A stretch of 64,000 bases of DNA. Source: Polyangiaceae bacterium (lineage in GTDB: Bacteria > Myxococcota_A > Polyangia > Polyangiales > Polyangiaceae). Every line of letters starts with the position of its first letter. The stretch's first letter is position 1. Shown piece after piece: positions 30,569-39,700 of the stretch. Below the pieces are notes generated by a model, which did no database searches, had not been told where the DNA came from, and was given only the letters and a program-made list of their open reading frames with translations. The DNA is taken from NCBI GenBank assembly GCA_033763455.1, contig JANRKO010000011.1, positions 32,001 to 96,000 of the forward strand, read 5' to 3'. Both the position numbers and the translations under genes were made by a program.

Positions 30569-31765
30569 ATGTCCCATGAAGATCATCGCCAGCTTGGCAA
30601 CCGTCTCGACCTTTTTCACTTTCAGGAAGAAGCCCCGGGTATGGTTTTCTGGCACAAAAATGGCTTAGTATTGCATCGAATCCTCGAAGCTCGAGCACGC
30701 CAAGTGTTCGAACTCCAGGGGTACGAAGAGGTACGAACACCGCTGCTGTTGCGTCAGCCTATCTGGGAAGCGAGCGGGCACTGGGAGCACTTTGCTGGAG
30801 GCATGTTCAAGGTCTCTGATGAGGCCGTGATGGCCGCGCTCAAGCCAGTGAATTGCCCAGGACATGTTCAGTTGATTCAACACCGCTCCGTTTCGTATCG
30901 CGATTTGCCCATAAGGCTTGCCGAGTTTGGCAACGTGCACCGCGACGAACCAGGCGGATGTTTACATGGCCTGTTACGGCTCCGCCAATTCACACAAGAT
31001 GATGGGCACATCTTCTGTACTCTCGCCCAAGCGCCTGCAGAAATCACTGCGTTTTGCCGCAACGTGGCGCCCTTCTACGCAGATTTCGGTTTCAGCGAGA
31101 TCCACATTGCCCTATCCACACGGCCTGCAGCTAGAGTTGGCGACGATGCCCTATGGGATCGCGCCGAGGCCATCCTCACAGAGGTGCTGCAATCTATGGC
31201 TCTTCCGTTCGAGGTCGCCGAAGGAGCAGGAGCATTTTACGGGCCCAAAATTGAGTTCTCGCTCAAAGACAACCAGGGGCGCAGTTGGCAATGCGGCACT
31301 GTACAATTTGATTTCTTCATGCCAGAGCGTTTCGGCCTAGCCTACACTGCGCAAAACGGCGCTCGTGCCCCGCTGGTCATGTTGCATCGCGCACTCTACG
31401 GAAGCTTGGAGCGTTTCCTCGGAGTGCTCCTAGAGCAGCACGGCGCAGCTCTTCCTCCTTGGCTAGCGCCCCTTCAGATCCTCGTGCTTCCCATCGCTTC
31501 GGCCCAAGTAGAGCCTGCCCATGCGTTTGCCCAATCGCTGCGTGAAGTAGGCCTTCGTTGTACGGTCGACGAACGCAAACAAAGCTTGTCGGACAGGGTT
31601 GCCTCTGCCCACGAGCGTGCCGTCCCCCTCTTGGCAATCCTCGGGCCCAAGGAGGTGCGCGAGGGGCACATCGCCGTTCGCCGCGGCGGCACTCAACATT
31701 CCTTACCGTTGGGCGATGCCTTGGCAGAGTTTTCCCGTCTGTGTCAGGCGCCCAAGTTGGGCTAG
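30569..31765 (+). CDS. thrS: Threonyl-tRNA synthetase, short form (catalytic plus anticodon domains; no TGS/editing domain)
   Basis: Starts at DHRQLG; KPVNCPGH, FTQDDGHIF, GAFYGPK, HRALYGSLERF, WLAPLQ; about 398 aa. Confidence 0.93.
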   Translation: MSHEDHRQLGNRLDLFHFQEEAPGMVFWHKNGLVLHRILEARARQVFELQGYEEVRTPLLLRQPIWEASGHWEHFAGGMFKVSDEAVMAALKPVNCPGHVQLIQHRSVSYRDLPIRLAEFGNVHRDEPGGCLHGLLRLRQFTQDDGHIFCTLAQAPAEITAFCRNVAPFYADFGFSEIHIALSTRPAARVGDDALWDRAEAILTEVLQSMALPFEVAEGAGAFYGPKIEFSLKDNQGRSWQCGTVQFDFFMPERFGLAYTAQNGARAPLVMLHRALYGSLERFLGVLLEQHGAALPPWLAPLQILVLPIASAQVEPAHAFAQSLREVGLRCTVDERKQSLSDRVASAHERAVPLLAILGPKEVREGHIAVRRGGTQHSLPLGDALAEFSRLCQAPKLG

Positions 31766-31777
31766 TCTCACCCGCGA

Positions 31778-32917
31778 ATGCGTGCACGAACTCAACCACG
31801 CCGCTCCTCTCAGGCTGAGCACCCTCCAGCATCGCACGCACTGAGTGTTCGTCCGAAGGGCGCCAAGAGCCACGGCGCCCCGCCAACTCGTTTGCACGAG
31901 CTCCGGCGCGAACACGAGCGCCTGCTCCGGGAAATCGCCAAGAAGAAGCAATCGCTAGAAGCAACGCTCGCAGCTGCGCGCGCGGCCGAGGTGGAGCTAG
32001 AAGCCAAGCTCGCACCCCTGCACGCCAACATCGCTCGCTCCAAAGCCGAAATTCGGGCCATTTTCGAGTTCTTCTGCGGCCCGAAAACGCCGCTTTCTCG
32101 CAAGAACGCAGCCCAGGTGAGGCGCCTCTACTTGCAGATGATGCCTCCGGAAGATGAGCTGGAAGGCGCCGACGAAGAAGACGCGGTTTGGGAGGACGAC
32201 GCACCTTCCTCCAACCGCGGCGGCAAGGAACGCCAGCCGCGAGGTCATGCTTCAGAAGATGAGGATTACAGTCACCGCTCCACGGCGCGAGATGTAGCCT
32301 CCGCCACCAAACCACAAGCCTCCACGGACGGCTTGTTACGAGGGCTATTTCGCCGTCTCGCTGTAGCCCTCCACCCCGACAAAGTTCAGGCCGAGGCCGA
32401 GAAGGATGAGCGCACTCACCTCATGAAAGAGGTAACGCGGGCCTACGAATCGAGCGACATCGCTCGCTTACTGGAGCTTGAGCAAAAGTGGCTAGCGGAT
32501 GCTCCCAGCAGCGTGGGCAATGAGGTAGCCAAAGAAGTCGAAGCCACACTCGCTGCGGCCAATCGTGAGCTTCGCCAGCAAACCCGTGCACTCACTGCCG
32601 AGATTAAGGCCATCAAGCAAAGCACTCCCACCATGGTCCAGGTCAGCCAGCGCCGTGGGCGAGCACCCGTCACCGAGGCGGATATGATGCTGGATGAGCT
32701 CCAACGCATGGCCAAAGTGCTCGAGCACATCCAAGCCTTTACCGTAGATTTTCGCGAAGGCCGCATCCCACTGAGCACGTTCCTACGGGGGCCAGCCATC
32801 GATCCTGATTTGCTGCCTCCAGAGGAAGACACCTTCCACGAGGTTATCGAGTTTGTCGTCCAAGAAATGATGGAGCGAGGCCCCAGGCGCCAAAAGCGGC
32901 GGGGTCGGAGGCGTTAG
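31778..32917 (+). CDS. Coiled-coil protein with internal J-domain (HPD)
   Basis: LFRRLAVALHPDK...MKEVTRAYE. Confidence 0.75.
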   Translation: MRARTQPRRSSQAEHPPASHALSVRPKGAKSHGAPPTRLHELRREHERLLREIAKKKQSLEATLAAARAAEVELEAKLAPLHANIARSKAEIRAIFEFFCGPKTPLSRKNAAQVRRLYLQMMPPEDELEGADEEDAVWEDDAPSSNRGGKERQPRGHASEDEDYSHRSTARDVASATKPQASTDGLLRGLFRRLAVALHPDKVQAEAEKDERTHLMKEVTRAYESSDIARLLELEQKWLADAPSSVGNEVAKEVEATLAAANRELRQQTRALTAEIKAIKQSTPTMVQVSQRRGRAPVTEADMMLDELQRMAKVLEHIQAFTVDFREGRIPLSTFLRGPAIDPDLLPPEEDTFHEVIEFVVQEMMERGPRRQKRRGRRR

Positions 32918-32967
32918 CTTGGGTAGCCCTGCTCGCCGGTGCACGGGGCCCATCCCACGCGCCAAGA

Positions 32968-32991
32968 AGTACTTAGCATGCAAAGTACTTC
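32968..32991. repeat. Palindrome copy 1, AAGTACTTAGCATGCAAAGTACTT
   Basis: Near-perfect 24-bp inverted repeat between convergent genes; related copies at 39583 and 62381. Confidence 0.7.
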
Positions 32992-33061
32992 GCACGGCCG
33001 CAAAAGGGCACTCCGGCTCCGCCCCACGCTGCACGACGCCCACGCCGTACCCCCCACCCCA

Positions 33062-33853
33062 TTAAGCGTTCCCCGCCCGCGCCAATAACCCACCCAATCT
33101 ATCAATAGCTGCCTCTAAGAGCGCGTGCACAGGTTCATCGCGCTTCGAGCGAGCTCCGCCTCCCCAACGTGACCACGTCATGGCTATTACACGTTCGTCG
33201 TCACTGTACGGGCTGGGAAAAGTACGCAAAGCAAGCGTTGCTTGCTCCGTATCGCCAACGGAAAGCAAGATGTCGCGCTCGGGCACGTTAGCGAGTACTC
33301 GGCCTTCGATTAGGTTCTCTCCGCCAAGATCCAACATGTAGCTCGAGCCCACGGCGCCGATACCTTTGGTACCGCGCGTGAGCCACACACCCAGCGCGTC
33401 GCTGTCGGTGAAGAAGGTGTGGGCAATGCGCGAGGAGGTTTTAGAACGACGCAAGAACCAAGTGGCGTGTCGGTTCTCATCCAGGTGGTGCGTGAGGTAG
33501 TGCTCCAGCATCGCGAGGGAGAGCTCCCACGAAGAGAACGTGCCTTCGCGAGCATCGTCGTCTTCGATGCCCCGCACCAAGACTTGTAGGCGATCATCAG
33601 CAAATAAAAATTCGGTAGTCAGCTCTCCGTTCTGTAGTAGGAGGCTCTCACCTTCGATCATGCGGGCCACCTTGAGCTCCACCTCCACGCGCAGCGCTGG
33701 CCAGCGCAGGCCGATCGTCTCCCCGGGCTCCAGCTTGCCGCGCACCACGTCCGCTTGCCAAGCAGCCATATGTTTCGGCTCTGTACAGGCTCGCCACAAA
33801 AGCTGTCGCGAGGCAGGCAGCTGCCGTTCAATCAAGAGCTCCGACTCAGTCAT
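33062..33853 (-). CDS. SRPBCC/AHSA1-domain protein
   Basis: IERQLPASRQLLWRACTEPKHMAAW; start ATG 33853, downstream of the tRNA. Confidence 0.8.
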   Translation of the reverse strand: MTESELLIERQLPASRQLLWRACTEPKHMAAWQADVVRGKLEPGETIGLRWPALRVEVELKVARMIEGESLLLQNGELTTEFLFADDRLQVLVRGIEDDDAREGTFSSWELSLAMLEHYLTHHLDENRHATWFLRRSKTSSRIAHTFFTDSDALGVWLTRGTKGIGAVGSSYMLDLGGENLIEGRVLANVPERDILLSVGDTEQATLALRTFPSPYSDDERVIAMTWSRWGGGARSKRDEPVHALLEAAIDRLGGLLARAGNA

Positions 33854-33867
33854 ACTTTCCAAACTTG

Positions 33868-33940
<73 letters not shown>

Positions 33941-33960
33941 CGGGATGTTTGGGGAGCCGG

Positions 33961-34028
33961 AGCCTATCTAGGGGCTTTTGGGTGTCAACCACGGAGATCA
34001 TTGACCCACAAAGCATCGTGATTATGTT
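33961..34028. promoter_or_regulatory. Back-to-back sigma70-type promoters for the tRNA (minus) and dnaK (plus)
   Basis: Minus: TTGACA-16bp-TAGGCT; plus: TTGACC-16bp-TATGTT. Confidence 0.55.
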
Positions 34029-34088
34029 GCGCCCTGACTCGCGGGAACCCACCAAAACGGCGGCTCGCGTTAGCGGAGAACTTCTATC

Positions 34089-35993
34089 ATGGGCAAAATC
34101 ATCGGAATCGACTTGGGAACCACGAACAGCGTCGTCGCGGTGATGGACGGCAAAGAAGCCAAAGTCATCGTGAATGAGGAGGGCTCGCGGATCACCCCGT
34201 CGGTCGTAGCCTGGGACGACAAGGGCGAGGTCTTGGTGGGTACCATCGCCAAGCGCCAAGCCGTCACTAATCCTGAGAACACGGTCTACTCGGCGAAGCG
34301 CTTCATCGGTCGGCGGTACTCGGAGGCGAAGGGCGATTCGGCTCGCGTCCCGTACAAGCTCCTCGAAGGCAAGAATGGGGATTGCGCCATTGAGGTGCGC
34401 GGCAAGAGCATGGCGCCTCCCGAGGTGAGCGCGAAAGTGCTGCAGAAGCTGCGGAAGGCGGCGGAGGATTACCTCGGTGAATCGGTCACCGAAGCCGTCA
34501 TTACGGTCCCTGCGTACTTCAACGATGCTCAGCGCCAGGCCACCAAAGATGCCGGTAAGATCGCCGGGCTTGAGGTAAAGCGCATCATCAATGAGCCTAC
34601 CGCCGCGGCGCTCGCGTACGGCCTCGATAAGAAGAACAACGAAGTCATCGTTGTGTATGATTTCGGCGGCGGCACTTTCGATATCTCGGTGCTCGAAGTG
34701 GGCGACAACGTGGTGCAGGTTATCGCCACCAACGGCGACACGCACCTCGGCGGTGACGATGTGGACGACGAGGTCATGAAGTGGCTCGCGGCTGAGTTCA
34801 AGCGAGACACCGGTATCGACGTTTCAGCCGATAAGATGGTGATCCAGCGCCTCAAAGATGCGGCGGAGCAGGCCAAGATCGAGCTTTCCTCCAAGCAGGA
34901 AACAACCGTCAATCTTCCCTTCCTCACGGCTGACGCGAGCGGCCCCAAGCACCTTCAGAAAGTGCTCACCCGCGCGAAGCTTGAGCAGATGATTCAGCCG
35001 CTCATCGAGCGCACCATGGAGCCTGTGAAGAAGGCTCTCGCGGATGCCAAAAAGCAACCGGGAGATATCGACGAAGTGGTGTTGGTAGGTGGTTCCACGC
35101 GCATCCCGCTCGTTCAGCAGACCGTCACCAAGTATTTCGGCAAGGAGCCGCACAAGGGCGTAAACCCGGATGAGGTCGTGGCCATTGGCGCGGCCGTCCA
35201 AGGCGGTGTCTTGGCTGGCGACGTGCAAGATGTGGTGCTGCTGGATGTAACCCCGCTTTCTTTGGGCGTGGAAACGCTCGGCGGCGTGATGACGGTGATG
35301 ATCCCGCGCAACACGACGATCCCCACCCAGAAGAAGGAAGTCTATTCAACTGCCGCTGATAACCAGACGTCCGTGGAAATCCACGTACTTCAGGGGGAAC
35401 GCGCCGAATCACGCTACAATCGCACGCTTGGCAAGTTCCACCTAGAGGGTCTTCCTCCCGCTCCCCGCGGCGTGCCCAAGGTAGAGGTTACCTTTGACAT
35501 TGATGCGAACGGCATTCTCAGCGTCAACGCTAAAGACACCGCTACCGGTAAAGATCAGCGCATCACCATCACCGCTTCGAGCGGCATCAGCGAAGCCGAC
35601 ATCGAAAAGATGGTCAAAGACGCCGCTGCGCACGAAGAGGAAGATAAGGCGCGCCGCGAGGCCATCGAGAAGCGCAACCGCCTCGATAACATGTGTTACA
35701 CGCTCGAAAAGCAGATCAGCGAGAACAAAGATAAGCTTGGCGGCACTGATCTTTCGGCTGTGGAAGGCCTCATCAAGGAAGGCCGCGAAGCCATCGAGAA
35801 GCAGAACGACGAAAAGGTCTCAAGCGTTCTTGAGCGGTTAGAGAAGGAAGCGCACACCATGGCCAGCAAGCTGTACGAAGCAGCAGGTGCGGGCGCCGCG
35901 CCGGGCGGCGAAGATGCTGCACCTTCGGGCGAGAAGGAAAGCAAGAAGAAAAAGGCCGACGTCATCGACGCTGAGTTCGAAGAGACGAACTAA
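34089..35993 (+). CDS. dnaK: Chaperone DnaK (Hsp70)
   Basis: [44 protein letters not shown]. Confidence 0.99.
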   Translation: MGKIIGIDLGTTNSVVAVMDGKEAKVIVNEEGSRITPSVVAWDDKGEVLVGTIAKRQAVTNPENTVYSAKRFIGRRYSEAKGDSARVPYKLLEGKNGDCAIEVRGKSMAPPEVSAKVLQKLRKAAEDYLGESVTEAVITVPAYFNDAQRQATKDAGKIAGLEVKRIINEPTAAALAYGLDKKNNEVIVVYDFGGGTFDISVLEVGDNVVQVIATNGDTHLGGDDVDDEVMKWLAAEFKRDTGIDVSADKMVIQRLKDAAEQAKIELSSKQETTVNLPFLTADASGPKHLQKVLTRAKLEQMIQPLIERTMEPVKKALADAKKQPGDIDEVVLVGGSTRIPLVQQTVTKYFGKEPHKGVNPDEVVAIGAAVQGGVLAGDVQDVVLLDVTPLSLGVETLGGVMTVMIPRNTTIPTQKKEVYSTAADNQTSVEIHVLQGERAESRYNRTLGKFHLEGLPPAPRGVPKVEVTFDIDANGILSVNAKDTATGKDQRITITASSGISEADIEKMVKDAAAHEEEDKARREAIEKRNRLDNMCYTLEKQISENKDKLGGTDLSAVEGLIKEGREAIEKQNDEKVSSVLERLEKEAHTMASKLYEAAGAGAAPGGEDAAPSGEKESKKKKADVIDAEFEETN

Positions 35994-36096
35994 CCAGGCC
36001 GGCACGCACTCGCTCGGTGAACGAGCGCCCAGCCCACAAATTGGAAGCTAAAGCGAGCAGTGCGTGGGCATTTTGCGAGTTTTGGTGCCCTCCCCC

Positions 36097-36179
36097 GCTG
36101 CCGCTCTTCGCGGCAGCTTGCCCCTCCCTAATGGCTCCCGATCCGGGAGCCATGGGCGGGGCGCTCACGGCGCCCGCTT
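36097..36179. terminator. GC-rich hairpins between convergent genes (putative bidirectional terminator)
   Basis: GCTGCCGC-tcttc-GCGGCAGC; ATGGCTCCCG-atc-CGGGAGCCAT; GGGCGC-tcacg-GCGCCC; no strong U-tract. Confidence 0.45.
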
Positions 36180-37567
36180 CAGCGGCGGGCGACCGTGTTG
36201 GTTGGCGCTTTGACCATATCGATCTCAACGAAGTCCCGACCCAAGCTGGCACCTTGTTCGTCGAAAACGTTGACGCGAAGTACCCACGGACCGTCGCCTC
36301 CCTGCGGATCGACACTCGCGGTCCAGACATTGCCCTTGTGCTTCCAGGGTACTTCGAGCGCCTTCAAGCCTAAGCGAAGCTCGAAGCGCGGTTGTGATGC
36401 AGCCGAAGCAGCTGGCCCGCGTGGATCAGTGATGGTTACAGAGATGGTGACCTTGTCGCGCGGCCAAACGGCATTGCGCGGAGTGAGTTTGATATCCGCA
36501 CGGAGCGCTCGGGGGCGCAAATCAAGCCGGAGTGTTTCACCCGTTCGCTCGTCTTTGAAGGTTACCTTGGTTTGCTCATTGCGATAAAGGCCGACAGCGC
36601 TTGGCGCGTCGATAAAATAGTTGGCGCGTCCGTAGGTCATCTTCAAGCCAGCTACGTTCGACAGCTTCACCTGTTGGCGCGCACCCAAGTAGATGGTGTC
36701 GTCATTTTCACCGAAGCTTGACCCTTCGGGAAGCTCCGCGCCAAGAACGCGAAGTGTGCGAGCAAGAGGCTGATGAGAGTCGATTCCGGCTGAATCCAGC
36801 GCCTTGATGCGCACCTCGTATTTTCCTGGTCCGACACTCGGGGGCGTTTCCAGGCTGGTGGCAGGAGTCTTCACATTCACCACCTCTTTGCCGTTGTCAC
36901 CGCGGACAATCACGACCTGATAGGCCTTGGCTTTGGTCACTTCCGACCAGCGCAGATCGCCGAGCGACACTTCACCCCGAAACGCGGCGCGCACCAGTTG
37001 GCCTTTAAGCTCCGCTGGAGCCAGAATGGTCTTCTCTACATCGCCTGTAGGTCGACGTGTATCGCGAATACGTTCTGAGCCGGGCTCAATAGGATTCCAC
37101 CCAGCTCCAACCCGAGCAAGTGTCTGTCCATTGCGGTTAGCAAGCACCACCACATCATTGCTGGAGAACACAGTGGCGTGACCCTTAGTAACGATTGCGT
37201 TCGTTTGTCTGGATGCGGAGATCATCACCGCCGAAGGGATGAGTTGCTTCTCGGGCACGGAAATGTCCAAGCGCCCATCACGCACAAACACACTGTAGCC
37301 CTGAGTGACCTCGTTGGCATTCAACCGCAGGTTCTGAACAGAGGTAAATACCTTGAAGACAGTACCCGCCGCGGCCCGCACCCGAATTCCCCCAGGCAGC
37401 GAATACTCGGCCCCCTCGTCACCCGCCACAAGCAGCGCAAAGTGTTTTTTTGTAGCTCCCGCGACCAGCTCTATACGAGCGCCCGCGTGCGCCACGCTCA
37501 CAGTGGTGAGCAGCACTAAAACCATGAGGCAAGAACGGACGCGTTCGACCCAGCTTCTTCGATCCAT
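36179..37567 (-). CDS. Secreted protein with FecR-like beta region and FN3-like domain
   Basis: Signal peptide (AHA); LRWSEV..AKAYQVVI...PGKYEVRIKALD FN3-like. Confidence 0.6.
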   Translation of the reverse strand: MDRRSWVERVRSCLMVLVLLTTVSVAHAGARIELVAGATKKHFALLVAGDEGAEYSLPGGIRVRAAAGTVFKVFTSVQNLRLNANEVTQGYSVFVRDGRLDISVPEKQLIPSAVMISASRQTNAIVTKGHATVFSSNDVVVLANRNGQTLARVGAGWNPIEPGSERIRDTRRPTGDVEKTILAPAELKGQLVRAAFRGEVSLGDLRWSEVTKAKAYQVVIVRGDNGKEVVNVKTPATSLETPPSVGPGKYEVRIKALDSAGIDSHQPLARTLRVLGAELPEGSSFGENDDTIYLGARQQVKLSNVAGLKMTYGRANYFIDAPSAVGLYRNEQTKVTFKDERTGETLRLDLRPRALRADIKLTPRNAVWPRDKVTISVTITDPRGPAASAASQPRFELRLGLKALEVPWKHKGNVWTASVDPQGGDGPWVLRVNVFDEQGASLGRDFVEIDMVKAPTNTVARR

Positions 37568-37658
37568 GGAGGAAAGAACGGTCAGAACGCGGGGAACTTG
37601 AGCCGAGGTGTGGGAGCCTGGTGCTCAAAGTACGAGCCGACTAGACTCGGGGGATCCT

Positions 37659-39506
37659 ATGTCACGCATTCCTGCATTCTTAATCGCTACCCTTCTTGCT
37701 GGCTGTGGTGGAGCCCCCGCTGCTCACGCCCCCAAGCCGCCGACGCAAGTGCTTGCGGCACCTAACGCGGGCGCTGAAGTAGTCGCGGTGCCCACACCGG
37801 TAACGGCTCCCGAAGACATCGTCGGTGTGTTGCGAGTTAAGAACCCAGCTGCCCTGTTAGACACGTTAACCGATTGGGCTCACCTCCCCCTCGATTGGAA
37901 GACACTCGCAGCGAGTCGCATGCCTGGGCTCACGGAAGTCGTTGCACTGGATGCACCCCTTGAAGCCTTGGCAATGCTGGCGCCGCCCAGTGGAAAGACA
38001 GTCGACGAACCGCTCGCGGCACTGAGCGTCGGGCTCAAATCCTTGGCGCGGGCCGTACAGTTCGCTCGTGATCAGGGGCAAGATGCCGAACGCATCGAGC
38101 CTGATATCTACCAACTTGGGAGTGTTTTGGGGAGCCCTTGTGCAATGGGCCCAGCTCTTGGCAAGACTCCTGCGCGTCTGGTTTGCGGGATGGATGAGCA
38201 AAGTTTGCGAGCGCTCATGCCCTACGCCACCCGAGGGTTACCGTTAGTTGCCCTGCCCACTACGGATTTGCACGTCGAGCTCCGCGCCGATCCCCTCCGT
38301 AGGCGCTACGCTGAGAAGCTGGAGCGTCTTTCGGCTCTCGCGCCGCTTGCTTTGAGCCAACTCGGCCAAGATCACCCAGTATTTGATCGAGCCCTCGGCG
38401 ACGCCGTGCACGCACTCACCGCCGAAGCCTTGGCATTGGTGCAAGATTTGGAAGCTATCACCATTGATTCATCCGCTGACGTCGGACAATCCAAGCTGGA
38501 TCTCGAGGTTGGGGTCAACTTTCGAAAGAAAACATCGTGGATGGCGCAAATCGTCGATGACCTCACGAGCCAGAGCGGCACGGCACCGCCGCTGTTTTGG
38601 CGCCTGCCCAAAGATGCAACGACGGCAAGCTTTCGCTTCAAGGGCTCGACACGCGGGAAGGACGCCATTCGAACCACGATCACGAATCTTGCCGAAGGCT
38701 TCGCCGATCACGAAGGGCTGCCTGAGAGCCTCCAGAAAGACATCGGAAGCCTGCTCCAGCTCGGATTCGATTTTGCGCCCGAGCAGATGGTGAGTGCCTC
38801 TGGCGAACTCGCTCAAAACCCGTTTCCGAACCTCGGCCGCGGCCCGGTAGACTCAATGCTGCGCAGCCAGCTCAAGTGGACCGTCATTGGCTATCCTGGC
38901 GCCCCCACCTCTAGCAAAGAAGCGCTCGGCCTACTCACGCGACTCGTAAATCACGCGTCCCTCAAGAGTCTCGCCAAAAAAGGCGGCATCGAAGCTAAGT
39001 GGCTCCCACGCGCCAAACTGCAACCGGCGCCGAAGCTCGGCAAGGGCGCCGAGCTCATGGAGGTCCGTCTCCCGGCAGCTTTGCTCGACAAATTGGACAA
39101 GAAGTCGAAACACAAGGATTTTTCCTTCTACGTGGCGGTAGTGCCAGAAGGAGACGTTACCTGGCTGCTCACGGCGCCATCTGAGGCAATCATTGCCGAA
39201 CGTGTTCGCCTTCTCAAAGCAGGGCCAACGCTCGCAGACCGAGCAGATCTTTCGAGCTTGAAGTCTGAACGAGCCTTCTCCGCAGGTTTTCTGCAATTGC
39301 CGGCTCTTTTGAGTTCGCTTGAGCCCGAGGTCGCGCAGAAGGTCCGCTCTGTACTCAACACCACCAAGAACCACGGCGAATCCCCCGCATTCTTCTTCTC
39401 GCGCCCAACCAAGATCGGCGCGGGGGTACGCATGAGCGTCTCGCTCGTGGTACCGCGTGACCTCATCGCCGACGGCGCAGCTGCCGTCGCAGCTGCCAGC
39501 TTTTAG
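37659..39506 (+). CDS. Large lipoprotein of unknown function
   Basis: MSRIPAFLIATLLAGC lipobox. Confidence 0.75.
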   Translation: MSRIPAFLIATLLAGCGGAPAAHAPKPPTQVLAAPNAGAEVVAVPTPVTAPEDIVGVLRVKNPAALLDTLTDWAHLPLDWKTLAASRMPGLTEVVALDAPLEALAMLAPPSGKTVDEPLAALSVGLKSLARAVQFARDQGQDAERIEPDIYQLGSVLGSPCAMGPALGKTPARLVCGMDEQSLRALMPYATRGLPLVALPTTDLHVELRADPLRRRYAEKLERLSALAPLALSQLGQDHPVFDRALGDAVHALTAEALALVQDLEAITIDSSADVGQSKLDLEVGVNFRKKTSWMAQIVDDLTSQSGTAPPLFWRLPKDATTASFRFKGSTRGKDAIRTTITNLAEGFADHEGLPESLQKDIGSLLQLGFDFAPEQMVSASGELAQNPFPNLGRGPVDSMLRSQLKWTVIGYPGAPTSSKEALGLLTRLVNHASLKSLAKKGGIEAKWLPRAKLQPAPKLGKGAELMEVRLPAALLDKLDKKSKHKDFSFYVAVVPEGDVTWLLTAPSEAIIAERVRLLKAGPTLADRADLSSLKSERAFSAGFLQLPALLSSLEPEVAQKVRSVLNTTKNHGESPAFFFSRPTKIGAGVRMSVSLVVPRDLIADGAAAVAAASF

Positions 39507-39582
39507 TGGAGGTGCGCTCCAACAACGGCGCTCCGTAACATAGGAGAACGACTGCGCTCGGCCTCCCGTGTAACGGCGAGTT

Positions 39583-39608
39583 GAGATACTAAGCATGCTA
39601 AGTATCTC
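39583..39608. repeat. Palindrome copy 2, GAGATACTAAGCATGCTAAGTATCTC
   Basis: 26-bp inverted repeat with one mismatched pair; intergenic. Confidence 0.7.
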
Positions 39609-39700
39609 CCCGGGGGCCAAGTCCCCACCGTTCGTCGCGAGGTTTCGGAGCCTCGTTTCTTTGCCCCAACGCCTGGAGCGGCGTATGTGAATGTAGGCAT

